Source: Candidatus Peregrinibacteria bacterium | GTDB lineage: Bacteria > Patescibacteriota > Gracilibacteria > UBA1369 | DNA length: 64,000 nt | Assembly: GCA_020429235.1 (NCBI GenBank) | Contig: JAGQLQ010000013.1 | Span: 8,050 to 72,049 of the forward strand | Reading direction: 5' to 3' | The notes under the pieces: generated by a model | Seen by the model: the letters and a program-made list of their open reading frames with translations, nothing else | Told to the model about the DNA's origin: nothing | Database searches by the model: none | Position numbers and translations under genes: made by a program | In this document: positions 19,754 to 28,872 of the stretch, in pieces | Layout: every line of letters begins with the position of its first letter | How positions within the stretch are numbered: the stretch's first letter is position 1

Positions 19754-19831
19754 GGTATTGGTTAGAGAGATTTAATTTTTCTTTAATCCTCATGAAGGTA
19801 TATTATATATACTCCTTTAACGAACGAAGAT

Positions 19832-20377
19832 ATGGCCAATAATCTATTAAACAAAGAGCAAAAGGAAAAAATAGGATCTACAGTAGATCAACTATTGCAT
19901 GAGTATACGACTGATTTTAATCAGTGGCAGGTGCTCAAGAGTATAGCTGATAAAAATGGTATAGAGTTGAAACAGGCACCTCTTCAGGATATCTCGGGCA
20001 TTCTCTATAAGGATCAAGACGAAAAATGGAAGATCATTGTTAACCAAGATGATTCAAATACGCGAAAGCTGTTTACCACTGCTCACGAACTAGGACATTT
20101 TTTTCTGCACAGAGATGAAAGTGAAAAATTCATCGATAGTGAACTAGTACAGGCATGCTTTGGAAGAACCGAGCTAACAAAGTTCCAAAAAAAAGAAATT
20201 GAAGCAAATGAGTTTGCGGGAGAGCTACTGATGCCTGAATCAATTATAAAGAGGGAACTCAAAGACAACAAAGATGGCAAGCCGAAAAGAGAGAAAGTTG
20301 AACAACTAGCTGCAAAGTTCAATGTTTCGACGCTTGCGATGATAACTCGATTAAGAAATCTAGGGTATGACGCCTGA
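19832..20377 (+). CDS. ImmA/IrrE-family metallopeptidase (DUF955)
   Basis: HELGHFFLH zinc motif followed by a downstream EANEFAGELLMP block. The gene is low in G+C. Confidence 0.75.
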   Translation: MANNLLNKEQKEKIGSTVDQLLHEYTTDFNQWQVLKSIADKNGIELKQAPLQDISGILYKDQDEKWKIIVNQDDSNTRKLFTTAHELGHFFLHRDESEKFIDSELVQACFGRTELTKFQKKEIEANEFAGELLMPESIIKRELKDNKDGKPKREKVEQLAAKFNVSTLAMITRLRNLGYDA

Positions 20378-20588
20378 TAACAATGATCTACAGACCTTTT
20401 TAAAGAATACGGGGACAACTCCACTGATAGTTGACCGATCTGAGGCAGAGAAGGAAGCCAATGCGGACTTAATGAAAGAAAAGCTGTCTCGAGTAAGATG
20501 GCGAAGGCGTGGAGAAGGAGCTCTTTTGCTACTTGCAGTAGAAGTATTTGTATTTTTAATAGGCATGGTTTTGTATTTATCAAGATGA
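20367..20588 (+). CDS. Small C-terminally membrane-anchored protein (73 aa), start overlaps ImmA stop
   Basis: The ATG overlaps the end of the ImmA gene. There is one C-terminal TM helix (ALLLLAVEVFVFLIGMVLYL). Confidence 0.35.
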   Translation: MTPDNNDLQTFLKNTGTTPLIVDRSEAEKEANADLMKEKLSRVRWRRRGEGALLLLAVEVFVFLIGMVLYLSR

Positions 20589-20635
20589 AGAGTTTTGAAG
20601 AACTGGAAAAGAGGATTGATTCATGAAAAACAGCT

Positions 20636-20710
20636 GTGTCATTTTTGAGTGATCATGCATCACGAAAAATAAGGTCGAGCGTACATGCTAGCGAGACCTT
20701 ACGATGACAC
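20636..20710. repeat. Structured element, copy 1 (outer 7-bp stem, two internal hairpins, invariant 18-nt loop)
   Basis: Outer stem GTGTCAT/ATGACAC. Hairpin 1 is GTGAT-CATGC-ATCAC. Hairpin 2 is AAGGTC-GAGCGTACATGCTAGCGA-GACCTT. The same architecture recurs at 47963..48056. Confidence 0.55.
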
Positions 20711-20724
20711 TTGTTTTGAATGGA

Positions 20725-21288
20725 TTATTCCTCTTTGCTACCGGTCTTCTGAAGAATTCCCCGCACAATATGCTTCCAATCATATGGAAAGCTGTACGTT
20801 TCATGTGCGCGAACAAGTGCGCGGAAAATTTCCCACGGCCCCATTTTCGCAAAAGTAAAAGCGTTTCCAGTCTCTTCACTGGCATTATAGTTCTCCAAAA
20901 GCGGTGATTTATCCAATCCAACCACCACCACACCATGAGCCAAAAGTCGTGCCACGTCGCCCATATGCTCTTCAAAAACAAGCGCCATATCGGCTGCCTC
21001 TAAATACTTTTCAAGAGCAGCATCGTTGCGGCCATCTTTCATATTCACCCATGTAATCTTCCCTTTAGTTGTATCCTCTCCACTGGCCGGCTCTTCATCA
21101 TCAACCACCACTATATTACTCGTCAAAATAAGCATCCCTTCCAAAAGCTGAAAGAACTCATCCTTTTTAAGTCCCTTATTGGGAGCAAAAACAACCAAAA
21201 GTGGATCTTTCACGCTGGTACCTTTCACCACCTCTTTTTTGGCCGATTTTTTCGACTCAACCAGCATTTGGTATTCACTTTTGGACAT
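20725..21288 (-). CDS. Stand-alone GT-B C-terminal-domain protein resembling the C-terminal half of glycogen/starch synthases
   Basis: ...GNAFTFAKMGPWEIFRALVRAHETYSFPYDWKHIV resembles the GlgA C-terminus, but there is no N-terminal Rossmann half. I placed the start at MSKSEY. Confidence 0.4.
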   Translation of the reverse strand: MSKSEYQMLVESKKSAKKEVVKGTSVKDPLLVVFAPNKGLKKDEFFQLLEGMLILTSNIVVVDDEEPASGEDTTKGKITWVNMKDGRNDAALEKYLEAADMALVFEEHMGDVARLLAHGVVVVGLDKSPLLENYNASEETGNAFTFAKMGPWEIFRALVRAHETYSFPYDWKHIVRGILQKTGSKEE

Positions 21289-21374
21289 GCGTGGGGTAGA
21301 AAGTAACAAGTAACAATCCAATAATTATAGCAGAAAAGAGGCCGGTTTTCCATCCTCATAAAGCCAAAAACTCC

Positions 21375-22277
21375 ATGAAAAAGCTTATTTTGATTGACGG
21401 AAATGCAATTTTCCATCGTGCATATCATTCTCTACCTCCTTTTAAGACCAGCAAAGGCGAAACCACCAATGCTATCTACGGATTTGTCCGCATGCTCATT
21501 GAGCTCTACATGAATGAACAACCTGACTATTTGGGAATTGCCTGGGACAGAAAAGCTCCAACTTTCCGTAAAAAAATGTTCGACGACTATAAAGCCACCC
21601 GTTCAGCACCACCGGAAGACCTCTATCCGCAGCTTCCCCGCCTCAAAGAGATTGTTGAAGCTTTCCGCATTCCACAGCTGGAAAAAGATGGATTCGAAGC
21701 CGACGATCTCCTTGGAACCGCCGCTCACAAAGCCGAACAGGAAGAAGGAGTGGACATCACCATCCTCACCGGCGACCAGGACGCCTTCCAGCTCGTCTCT
21801 CCAAAAACCACAGTTATGACACCTATAAAAGGTGTTACTCAGGTCAAACGCTATCAGGCAGCTGAAGTGGAAGAAAAATTCGGCGTCCGCCCGGACCAGA
21901 TTATCGACTACAAAGCCATTAGCGGAGACACATCCGACAACATTCCCGGAGTACCCGGTATTGGACCAAAAGGAGCGTCAGAACTACTCCAAAAATACGG
22001 AGATCTGGACAACATCTACGATCATTTGGACGAGCTGAAGCCAGGCCACAAATCAAAACTGGAAGACAACAGAGAGATTGCGTACATGAGTCAAAAACTC
22101 GCAACCATCCACTGCGACGCCCCCCTGGAATTTAACCTCGCGGACTATTCAGTCCATGACATTGACTATCCAACCGTCGAAAAACTGTTTGATGAACTCG
22201 AATTCAACTCCCTCACCCGTAAACTCGACCAACTCAAAGACACCATCCGCCCGGAGGCGCAGCAGGCACTATTTTAA
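21375..22277 (+). CDS. 5'-3' exonuclease (Pol I N-terminal/FEN-like domain only)
   Basis: LILIDGNAIFHRAYH, GDQDAFQL and ISGDTSDNIPGVPGIGPK (H3TH) motifs. There is no polymerase domain. Confidence 0.85.
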   Translation: MKKLILIDGNAIFHRAYHSLPPFKTSKGETTNAIYGFVRMLIELYMNEQPDYLGIAWDRKAPTFRKKMFDDYKATRSAPPEDLYPQLPRLKEIVEAFRIPQLEKDGFEADDLLGTAAHKAEQEEGVDITILTGDQDAFQLVSPKTTVMTPIKGVTQVKRYQAAEVEEKFGVRPDQIIDYKAISGDTSDNIPGVPGIGPKGASELLQKYGDLDNIYDHLDELKPGHKSKLEDNREIAYMSQKLATIHCDAPLEFNLADYSVHDIDYPTVEKLFDELEFNSLTRKLDQLKDTIRPEAQQALF

Positions 22278-22354
22278 GTATGCGGAAAACATTGCGAAAA
22301 TCCGGGCCATATACTATATTCCTATCAGTCTCTTTTTCATAAAATCATCAATAA

Positions 22355-23593
22355 ATGCCGAAAGCGAGAGTAATCGCTAGCCTCGATATTGGAAGCTCAA
22401 AGATCCGAACCGTCGTTGGCACACTCGAAGAAAAATCACCTGTGCCAAATATTATCGGCGTTGGAATCGCACCATCAACCGGCCTTCGAAAAGGATCGGT
22501 TATTGACGTAGAAGAAACCATTAGCAGTATCTCATCTTCATTGGAAGATGCGGAGCGGATGGCAGGAGAACCAATCAATCATGTATTCCTTGGAATTGGT
22601 GGAAACCATATTGAATCCATTAACTCAAAGGGAGTTATTGCCGTTTCAAACGCAACAAACGAAATCACCGAAGACGACGTTGATCGTGTTTTGGAAGCAG
22701 CTCAAGCCGTTTCTATTCCAGGAAACCGCCGCATTCTGCGCATTATTCCAAAATCATTCACGGTCGACGAGCAAAAAGGCATCAAATACCCAGTGGGAAT
22801 GACAGGAATCCGCCTTGAAGTGGATGCCCACATTATTACCGGACTCGTTCCAAGCGTGAAGAACATTGAAAAATGTGTATTGCAAGCCGGTGTGGATATC
22901 GATGACATCATCCCTTCTTGCCTTGCTGCATCAGAAGCGGTGCTTTCAAAGAGACAGAAAGAGCTTGGAGTTGTGGTAGTGGATATTGGATCAGGAGGAA
23001 CAGCAGTGAGTGTTTTTGAAGAAGGAACAACCCTGCACACAGCAATCCTCCCTGCAGGAGGAGAAAACGTAACCAACGACATTGCTATTGGACTGCGAAC
23101 CTCAATCGACACCGCAGAAAAGATTAAAATCGAATACGGAACCTGCAACCCTGCAGACGTGAACGACCGGGAAATTATTGACCTTTCACTCATTTCAAAA
23201 ATCGACACCCAGAAAGTTTCCAAGAAACTTATGGCAGAAATCATTCAGGCCCGATACCACGAAATCTTTGTTCTGGTAAAAGACGAGCTCGCAAAGATCC
23301 ACCGCGACGGTATGCTCCCGGCCGGAGTTGTCCTTACCGGTGCTGGTGTAAAAATGCCAGGAACAATCGACCTTGCGCGTGAAACACTCAACCTTCCGGT
23401 ACAGATTGGATTCCCTCAGAACTTCGACGGAGTGGTCGACAAAATCGACGATCCAGCTTATGCTACTGCTATAGGTTTGATCCTTTGGGGATCACGCCTT
23501 GAGCACCGAACCTATGGCTTCTCACTCAAAGGACTCGACTTTAGGAAGGCTATGGGCGGCATGAAAGACTGGGTTAAGAACCTCTTTCCCTAA
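22355..23593 (+). CDS. ftsA: Cell division protein FtsA
   Basis: Actin-fold motifs (SLDIGSSKIR, VVDIGSGGT) and position directly upstream of ftsZ. Confidence 0.9.
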   Translation: MPKARVIASLDIGSSKIRTVVGTLEEKSPVPNIIGVGIAPSTGLRKGSVIDVEETISSISSSLEDAERMAGEPINHVFLGIGGNHIESINSKGVIAVSNATNEITEDDVDRVLEAAQAVSIPGNRRILRIIPKSFTVDEQKGIKYPVGMTGIRLEVDAHIITGLVPSVKNIEKCVLQAGVDIDDIIPSCLAASEAVLSKRQKELGVVVVDIGSGGTAVSVFEEGTTLHTAILPAGGENVTNDIAIGLRTSIDTAEKIKIEYGTCNPADVNDREIIDLSLISKIDTQKVSKKLMAEIIQARYHEIFVLVKDELAKIHRDGMLPAGVVLTGAGVKMPGTIDLARETLNLPVQIGFPQNFDGVVDKIDDPAYATAIGLILWGSRLEHRTYGFSLKGLDFRKAMGGMKDWVKNLFP

Positions 23594-23691
23594 GCAAGAC
23601 AGAACATTAAAAAATCTTCTTGACATTTTATCAAGTGACGGGTAAAAATAGTAATCCACTTAAAAAATAAGTACTCTTTACGTACCCTCCT

Positions 23692-24927
23692 ATGGCTACC
23701 AATCATCAAAAAGACTCGCTTCGAAATCTCTTTTCAGGATCGGGTTCATCACAAACAGGTAAGCGCACACAAGAAGTCGTGCCAGAAGTAAGTCCAATTG
23801 CTCTTATTAAAGTAGTTGGTGTTGGTGGTGCCGGTGGAAACGCTTTGAATCGAATGATCAAATCGAACCTCCGTGGCATCGAATTTATTGCAGTGAATAC
23901 AGATGCACAAGCACTCTATCACTCAGAAGCGCCAACAAAGATCAACATTGGTAAAGCCACAACACGAGGACTCGGAGCTGGTTCAAATCCAGACATTGGA
24001 CGACAGGCTGCTGAAGAGTCAGCAGAAGAGATTCGACAACAATTGGAAGGTGCAGACATGGTCTTCATCACAGCCGGTATGGGAGGAGGAACCGGTACAG
24101 GTGCAGGTCCTGTCATTGCAGACATCGCCAAAGAAATGGGAGTTCTGACCGTTGGAGTGGTTACAAGACCATTCTCATTCGAAGGACATCGACGAATTCA
24201 ACAGGCAGAAGACGGAATTGAGAATTTGAAGAACAAGGTAGATACACTTATCACCATCCCAAACGACAAGATTCTTTCTATCATCGACAAAAAAACACCA
24301 CTCACCGAAGCATTCACCGTTTGTGACGATGTACTTCGGCAGGGTGTACAAGGTATTGCTGACTTGATCACCGTTCACGGAATGATCAACGTTGACTTTG
24401 CCGACGTGAAGACCGTTATGGAAAATGCCGGATCAGCCCTTATGGGTATTGGATACGGAGCTGGAGAAAACCGGGCACTCGAAGCTGCAAAAGCCGCTAT
24501 CGAAAGCCCACTTCTTGAGCTTTCAATCGACGGTGCGAAGGGTGTTCTCTTCAACATTACTGGTGGAAACGACCTCAGCATGTTCGAAGTAGACGAAGCA
24601 GCCAAGATCATTACCGAAGCTGCAGACCCGGATGCCAACATCATCTTTGGTGCAGTTATCAACGATTCATACACAGGAGAAATCAAAATTACTGTTGTAG
24701 CAACAGGATTCGACGAATCACTCCGATCAGGAACTTCTGTACTCCGACAACACTCAGCACTTGGAGGATCATTCAGCAGCAACCCACTCGGAAAATCTTC
24801 GACTGCAACTCCAGCCAATCCAACTGCAACTCCAACCAATGGAGCTGACAAAGACATGAAATCAAACCAACCAGTACAAGAAAGCGAACTCGACATCCCG
24901 GCATTCATCCGAAAAAAGATGAACTAG
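23692..24927 (+). CDS. ftsZ: Cell division GTPase FtsZ
   Basis: GVGGAGGNA and the [11 protein letters not shown] tubulin signature. The C-terminal DIPAFIRKK peptide is the FtsA-binding tail. Confidence 0.95.
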   Translation: MATNHQKDSLRNLFSGSGSSQTGKRTQEVVPEVSPIALIKVVGVGGAGGNALNRMIKSNLRGIEFIAVNTDAQALYHSEAPTKINIGKATTRGLGAGSNPDIGRQAAEESAEEIRQQLEGADMVFITAGMGGGTGTGAGPVIADIAKEMGVLTVGVVTRPFSFEGHRRIQQAEDGIENLKNKVDTLITIPNDKILSIIDKKTPLTEAFTVCDDVLRQGVQGIADLITVHGMINVDFADVKTVMENAGSALMGIGYGAGENRALEAAKAAIESPLLELSIDGAKGVLFNITGGNDLSMFEVDEAAKIITEAADPDANIIFGAVINDSYTGEIKITVVATGFDESLRSGTSVLRQHSALGGSFSSNPLGKSSTATPANPTATPTNGADKDMKSNQPVQESELDIPAFIRKKMN

Positions 24928-24955
24928 CCCACGCGAAGCTCAGTAAAACAATCAA

Positions 24956-24996
24956 AAAGCCCGCCATCCCCAAAAAAGATCGCGGGCTTTTTTCTT
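24956..24996. terminator. Bidirectional rho-independent terminator between ftsZ and the convergent 119 aa gene
   Basis: AAAGCCCGC ... GCGGGCTTT stem, flanked by an A-run upstream and TTTTTCTTT downstream. Confidence 0.7.
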
Positions 24997-25002
24997 TCTA
25001 TG

Positions 25003-25362
25003 CTAAAAGAGACCTAGAAATTTCTTCTTTTTCCCTTCCTCTGGAGCCGGATTCTTCTCATCCAGCTCTTCCAAAAGCGCTTCAGGATTCTCCTCTGCAC
25101 TAGCCACGCGCTCTTGATCCTGCAAAACAGCACGGCTCAAGTCACGCTCTGCTTCCTTAAGGTCAGCCAACATTCCATCAAAATCTGGTTGTGGAACAGC
25201 AGCCTCTTCACGCAAAATCGCAATCGAGTCACGTATTTCCTGTTCGCTCGATTCCATAAGGGTGGCAATCATCTGTTGTCGAACCTCTGGCCGCATCTCC
25301 CGAAAAGTCGGAGAAACAGCGAGCAAACCTTTCAATTCTTGTTGTAGATCAGCTAGAGCCAT
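25003..25362 (-). CDS. Hypothetical protein (119 aa)
   Basis: Clean ORF 18 nt downstream of the 484 aa gene, with an acidic body and a KKKKFLGLF tail. Confidence 0.5.
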   Translation of the reverse strand: MALADLQQELKGLLAVSPTFREMRPEVRQQMIATLMESSEQEIRDSIAILREEAAVPQPDFDGMLADLKEAERDLSRAVLQDQERVASAEENPEALLEELDEKNPAPEEGKKKKFLGLF

Positions 25363-25380
25363 GCCATTTCAAGTTAGGAA

Positions 25381-26835
25381 CTACGCAGTTGCAGAATCAA
25401 TCTTCACTTCTCCTTGTGCATATCGAACACCGGTATCAACCTTAGCATCATCACCCTTCTTCTCTACTGGTCCCCATGCAACTTTATTATCACCAATCTC
25501 GACAAAGTGTTTTTGACCTGTAGCACCTGTTCCTTCCATTCGCACAGAAGTAATGTTATTAGCTTTTGCAAGCTTGGCGATATCTTCTGCCATACCTTGT
25601 ATAATCTTTGGCATATCACCAACCTGTGGAGCTGAAGAAGCCATAATCAAATCTTTTGCAATCTTATTGATTTTTTTCTGTGCGAATTCCTTTGATTCAG
25701 CAGCAGAAGCTGATACACGTTCAGGCTTTGTATCTGAATTTACGAGTACAATTGTCCCAGTCAAGACGCCTTCTTCAGTTGAACCCTCTTCCTCATAAGG
25801 GATTGGTTGATCCTTCTCTGATTTTCCTTTCATATAAAGTTTCCCATCTGGATCCTTAAAGACTGAAATACCATTTCCAAGATCAATTTTTGACCCAACA
25901 GGAGCTGCCTTAAGCCATTCCACATCTTTTCGGAATTGATCTCGATTTTTATCAAGATTTTCTTGAGATTTTTCTCCCTCAGAAGAGGCAGGGAACTTAG
26001 CCATATCCTTTCGTTCAGGATCCTTATTGAATACAATTTCTTGACGGATACCTTCTACATTTTGATGCCCCTTCCCAGTGATCCACCATTCAATACGAAC
26101 AGATTGACCATCGGTTGAAGGAGTAATAACAGCTCGAATCAAGTTATTCTTGGCCATTTCTCTTGTATAGAGCGCATCACCTTTCTCTTTCTTAATTTCA
26201 AGCTGCTTGCCTCCACATTTCTTAATCAAAGCTTCCGCATCAACAAGGTCGTCCTCCTGCCGAAGCATAGCCTCAATACTCGATTGAACCTTCTGATCAG
26301 TCGTAGCCTCCTTCACCTCTGGCGTAACCTCTTCTTGTTTTGGTTCTGGAGCAGGAGCAGCATTAGGATTGAATTCAATGTCTCCATAATTAGTGAGAAG
26401 TTTATCATCCAATGGATCACTACTAGTGACAGCAGCTTTATATTCCTCATTAAACGCTTTTACTTTTTGAGACAACTTGCTCTTAACAGCTTCTTGTTGA
26501 GCTTTCACCTGATCAATAGCATCCATAATGGTATTAAACGTCTCAACACCCTTCTTAATAGCATCCCGAAGACTTTGTGGCATTCCAGCTTTAATATAAC
26601 TCTGCTCATATTCACCCTCAAATTCAGTACCACTTATGGTCACTTTATACTGTTGTGATATATCATCAAACCTCTTCTGGAGAGCATTTACAACTGGTAT
26701 AACAGATGATTCTAACTCTTCCAAAGTTTTCCATGTTTCTTTCCCAGCCTCTATATCTTGAGAAGGTGCTTCTTGAGGTGCCGAACTTGGCTTGTTTTTG
26801 AAGATGAGTCGAGATTCTGCAAAGAACTTTTTCAT
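25381..26835 (-). CDS. Hypothetical protein (484 aa)
   Basis: Long clean ORF with no TM segment or known motif. A TGcTATAAT extended -10 lies upstream on the minus strand, near 26870. Confidence 0.55.
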   Translation of the reverse strand: MKKFFAESRLIFKNKPSSAPQEAPSQDIEAGKETWKTLEELESSVIPVVNALQKRFDDISQQYKVTISGTEFEGEYEQSYIKAGMPQSLRDAIKKGVETFNTIMDAIDQVKAQQEAVKSKLSQKVKAFNEEYKAAVTSSDPLDDKLLTNYGDIEFNPNAAPAPEPKQEEVTPEVKEATTDQKVQSSIEAMLRQEDDLVDAEALIKKCGGKQLEIKKEKGDALYTREMAKNNLIRAVITPSTDGQSVRIEWWITGKGHQNVEGIRQEIVFNKDPERKDMAKFPASSEGEKSQENLDKNRDQFRKDVEWLKAAPVGSKIDLGNGISVFKDPDGKLYMKGKSEKDQPIPYEEEGSTEEGVLTGTIVLVNSDTKPERVSASAAESKEFAQKKINKIAKDLIMASSAPQVGDMPKIIQGMAEDIAKLAKANNITSVRMEGTGATGQKHFVEIGDNKVAWGPVEKKGDDAKVDTGVRYAQGEVKIDSATA

Positions 26836-26918
26836 ATTTATTTTGGTTTAGGAAATTTTTAAATCCCTTAATTATAGCACAAAAAAGCCTTTCAAAAAAG
26901 CCCTTCAAAGGCAAAGTT

Positions 26919-27662
26919 CTATTCACACCAGCTCAGCCACAATTGAAACAGCTCCCCATTTTCGGGGTGAGCCAAATCCAGTTCCGGATGCCATTGCAAT
27001 CCTAAAATACCTTTATCTTTCAACGAATACGCCTCAACCAAGCTGTCTGGACTCCGGGCCTCCACCTGCAACTCTTTGGCCAAAGCATCCACTCCCTGAT
27101 GATGATAACTATTCACATTCATCCGGTCTTTTTCATACACAGAACGCAAAAGGCCGCCCTCTTCCAGAATCACATCATGAAAACACTCTTCCATATTTTC
27201 GAGCGAAAAATCATCGGAATTCTCATCTTTATACGCAATGTGATCAATAAAACCCTCCTTTTTCGAAAGCTCCTGATGAAGCGTTCCCCCAAGAACCACA
27301 TTAATCAGCTGCATCCCGCGACAAAGCCCCAGCATGGGAATCCCTCTTTCATAACAGATTTTTACCAGAGCCACCTCAAAAATATCCCTATGCCGTTGAA
27401 CCTTTTTGGCCGATTTGCCCTCCTGGTTATACCAGGAAGGACACACATCGCTTCCTCCCTGCAAAATCATCCCGGAAACATCTTCCAGGTAGTGTTCAGC
27501 CACTTTTAAGGCTTCCTCCATACTATCCAGCTGGGTATGGGCAAAAGGCATAATCGGCAGAAAATCCTGGTCAATCAAATAGTCCGTCACCGATGTGATT
27601 GCATGTGCGCGAACCTGCTTCTCAAACTGAGAAAATCGGGGCGGAATAAGTATTTTTCGCAT
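26919..27662 (-). CDS. Class I glutamine amidotransferase, peptidase C26 (gamma-glutamyl hydrolase / PuuD-like)
   Basis: The GLCRGMQLINVVLGGTLHQ nucleophile elbow and a LGLQWHPE histidine block. Confidence 0.8.
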   Translation of the reverse strand: MRKILIPPRFSQFEKQVRAHAITSVTDYLIDQDFLPIMPFAHTQLDSMEEALKVAEHYLEDVSGMILQGGSDVCPSWYNQEGKSAKKVQRHRDIFEVALVKICYERGIPMLGLCRGMQLINVVLGGTLHQELSKKEGFIDHIAYKDENSDDFSLENMEECFHDVILEEGGLLRSVYEKDRMNVNSYHHQGVDALAKELQVEARSPDSLVEAYSLKDKGILGLQWHPELDLAHPENGELFQLWLSWCE

Positions 27663-27723
27663 GAGCTGGAGCAGAAATTATGGTAAGGTGGCGGATGAAC
27701 CCCAATTATTCAAAGTTATCAAC

Positions 27724-28719
27724 ATGAGTCTGGCGGTAAGTGAAGCAAAAAATCCCAAGTCGTTCAACGCATTTGTAAAAAATCATCCCCTCGGTACTGT
27801 ACACCAATTATGGGAATGGGGCGAGTTTCAGGCAAAATCAGCGAATCGTGACCAGTTTTGGGCACTCCAGCTGGAAGAAAATGGATCGATTACCGGCACA
27901 GCATTGGTTATCCGCCAACGCCTTCCATTTGGCAAAAACTGGCTCTACTGTCCGCGTGGACCCCTTCTTGACTACTCAAAAAAAGAGCACGTTCAGGCAC
28001 TTTTCAGTCACATTCAATCCCTTGCTAAAAAAGAAAACAGTCTTTTTTTTAGGTGGGATCCGCCCCTTACTTCGTTAGAGGAAGGGAAGCAGGCTATTAC
28101 TCAAACCCAATCCCGCCCCGCGCATGCCCACTACCAACCGGAAAGCACGCTCATCGTTGATTTAACACCCTCAGAAGAGGAAATCCTGGCACAAATGAAG
28201 TCCAAGGGCAGATACAACATAAAAGTTGCCCAAAAACATGGTGTCACCATCACCGAATCACATGACATAGAAGCCTTTTATAGCCTCTTCAAAGAAACCA
28301 CATCTCGCGACGATTTTAGCGGCCACCCACTCACATATTACCAAAACATGGTCAAAGCCACCGGGGCCAGACTGTTCCTGGCAATGTATGAAAACAAACC
28401 CATCGCCGGTGCCATCGTCACCTATTTCAATAAAACCGCCACCTACTATTACGGCGCCTCATCCGACCAAAACCGTAATGTTATGGCACCGTATCTGCTC
28501 CACTGGCACATCATGCAGGATGCCAAAAATCAGGGCTACACCGAATACGATCTCTTTGGAATCGCACCAGAAAACGCCAAAAACCACCCCTGGCAGGGTG
28601 TTACCAGCTTCAAACTCAAATTCGGTGGCACACGAATCAACTATATCGATGCCCAGGAAATCGTCTATCAACCACTCTGGTTCTGGATCATGAAAATCGT
28701 CAAAAAACTCCGACGATAA
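27724..28719 (+). CDS. FemAB-family peptidoglycan interpeptide-bridge aminoacyltransferase
   Basis: SKGRYNIKVAQKHGV, ATYYYGASS and GVTSFKLKFGG blocks. I moved the start to the ATG at 27724, because the track start overlaps the divergent upstream gene. Confidence 0.75.
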   Translation: MSLAVSEAKNPKSFNAFVKNHPLGTVHQLWEWGEFQAKSANRDQFWALQLEENGSITGTALVIRQRLPFGKNWLYCPRGPLLDYSKKEHVQALFSHIQSLAKKENSLFFRWDPPLTSLEEGKQAITQTQSRPAHAHYQPESTLIVDLTPSEEEILAQMKSKGRYNIKVAQKHGVTITESHDIEAFYSLFKETTSRDDFSGHPLTYYQNMVKATGARLFLAMYENKPIAGAIVTYFNKTATYYYGASSDQNRNVMAPYLLHWHIMQDAKNQGYTEYDLFGIAPENAKNHPWQGVTSFKLKFGGTRINYIDAQEIVYQPLWFWIMKIVKKLRR

Positions 28720-28863
28720 CTACGATTCAAACTGGTCCAGCTGTTCCAAAAACGCTTCAGCCTTTTTTCTCAACTCTTCATAACTCTTAAGAGCCTTTTC
28801 ATTTTCAGCATGCATCGCATCCACCATCTCTAATCCCAGTTGTAAAAGTTTGTCGTCCTTCAT
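28720..28863 (-). CDS. Possible 47 aa coiled-coil ORF trailing the orphan operon
   Basis: My own translation is MKDDKLLQLGLEMVDAMHAENEKALKSYEELRKKAEAFLEQLDQFES. It starts 10 nt after the stop of the 856 aa gene and is below the ORF-track length cutoff. Confidence 0.25.
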   Translation of the reverse strand: MKDDKLLQLGLEMVDAMHAENEKALKSYEELRKKAEAFLEQLDQFES

Positions 28864-28872
28864 CTCCAAAAA

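Noticed and set aside
20636-20710. Whether the two structured elements are integron attC sites or MITE-type transposon relics.
   Set aside because: The outer arms lack the RYYYAAC / GTTRRRY cores of attC. There are only two copies 27 kb apart rather than a cassette array, and no integrase is present. A MITE would conserve its terminal inverted repeats in sequence, whereas here the termini differ and only pairing is preserved.
27661-27723. The track start of the FemAB gene at 27661, which overlaps the divergent amidotransferase start by 2 nt.
   Set aside because: Head-to-head overlapping starts leave no promoter space. The conserved FemAB sequence begins after the ATG at 27724, so I preferred the shorter model, though the start remains uncertain.
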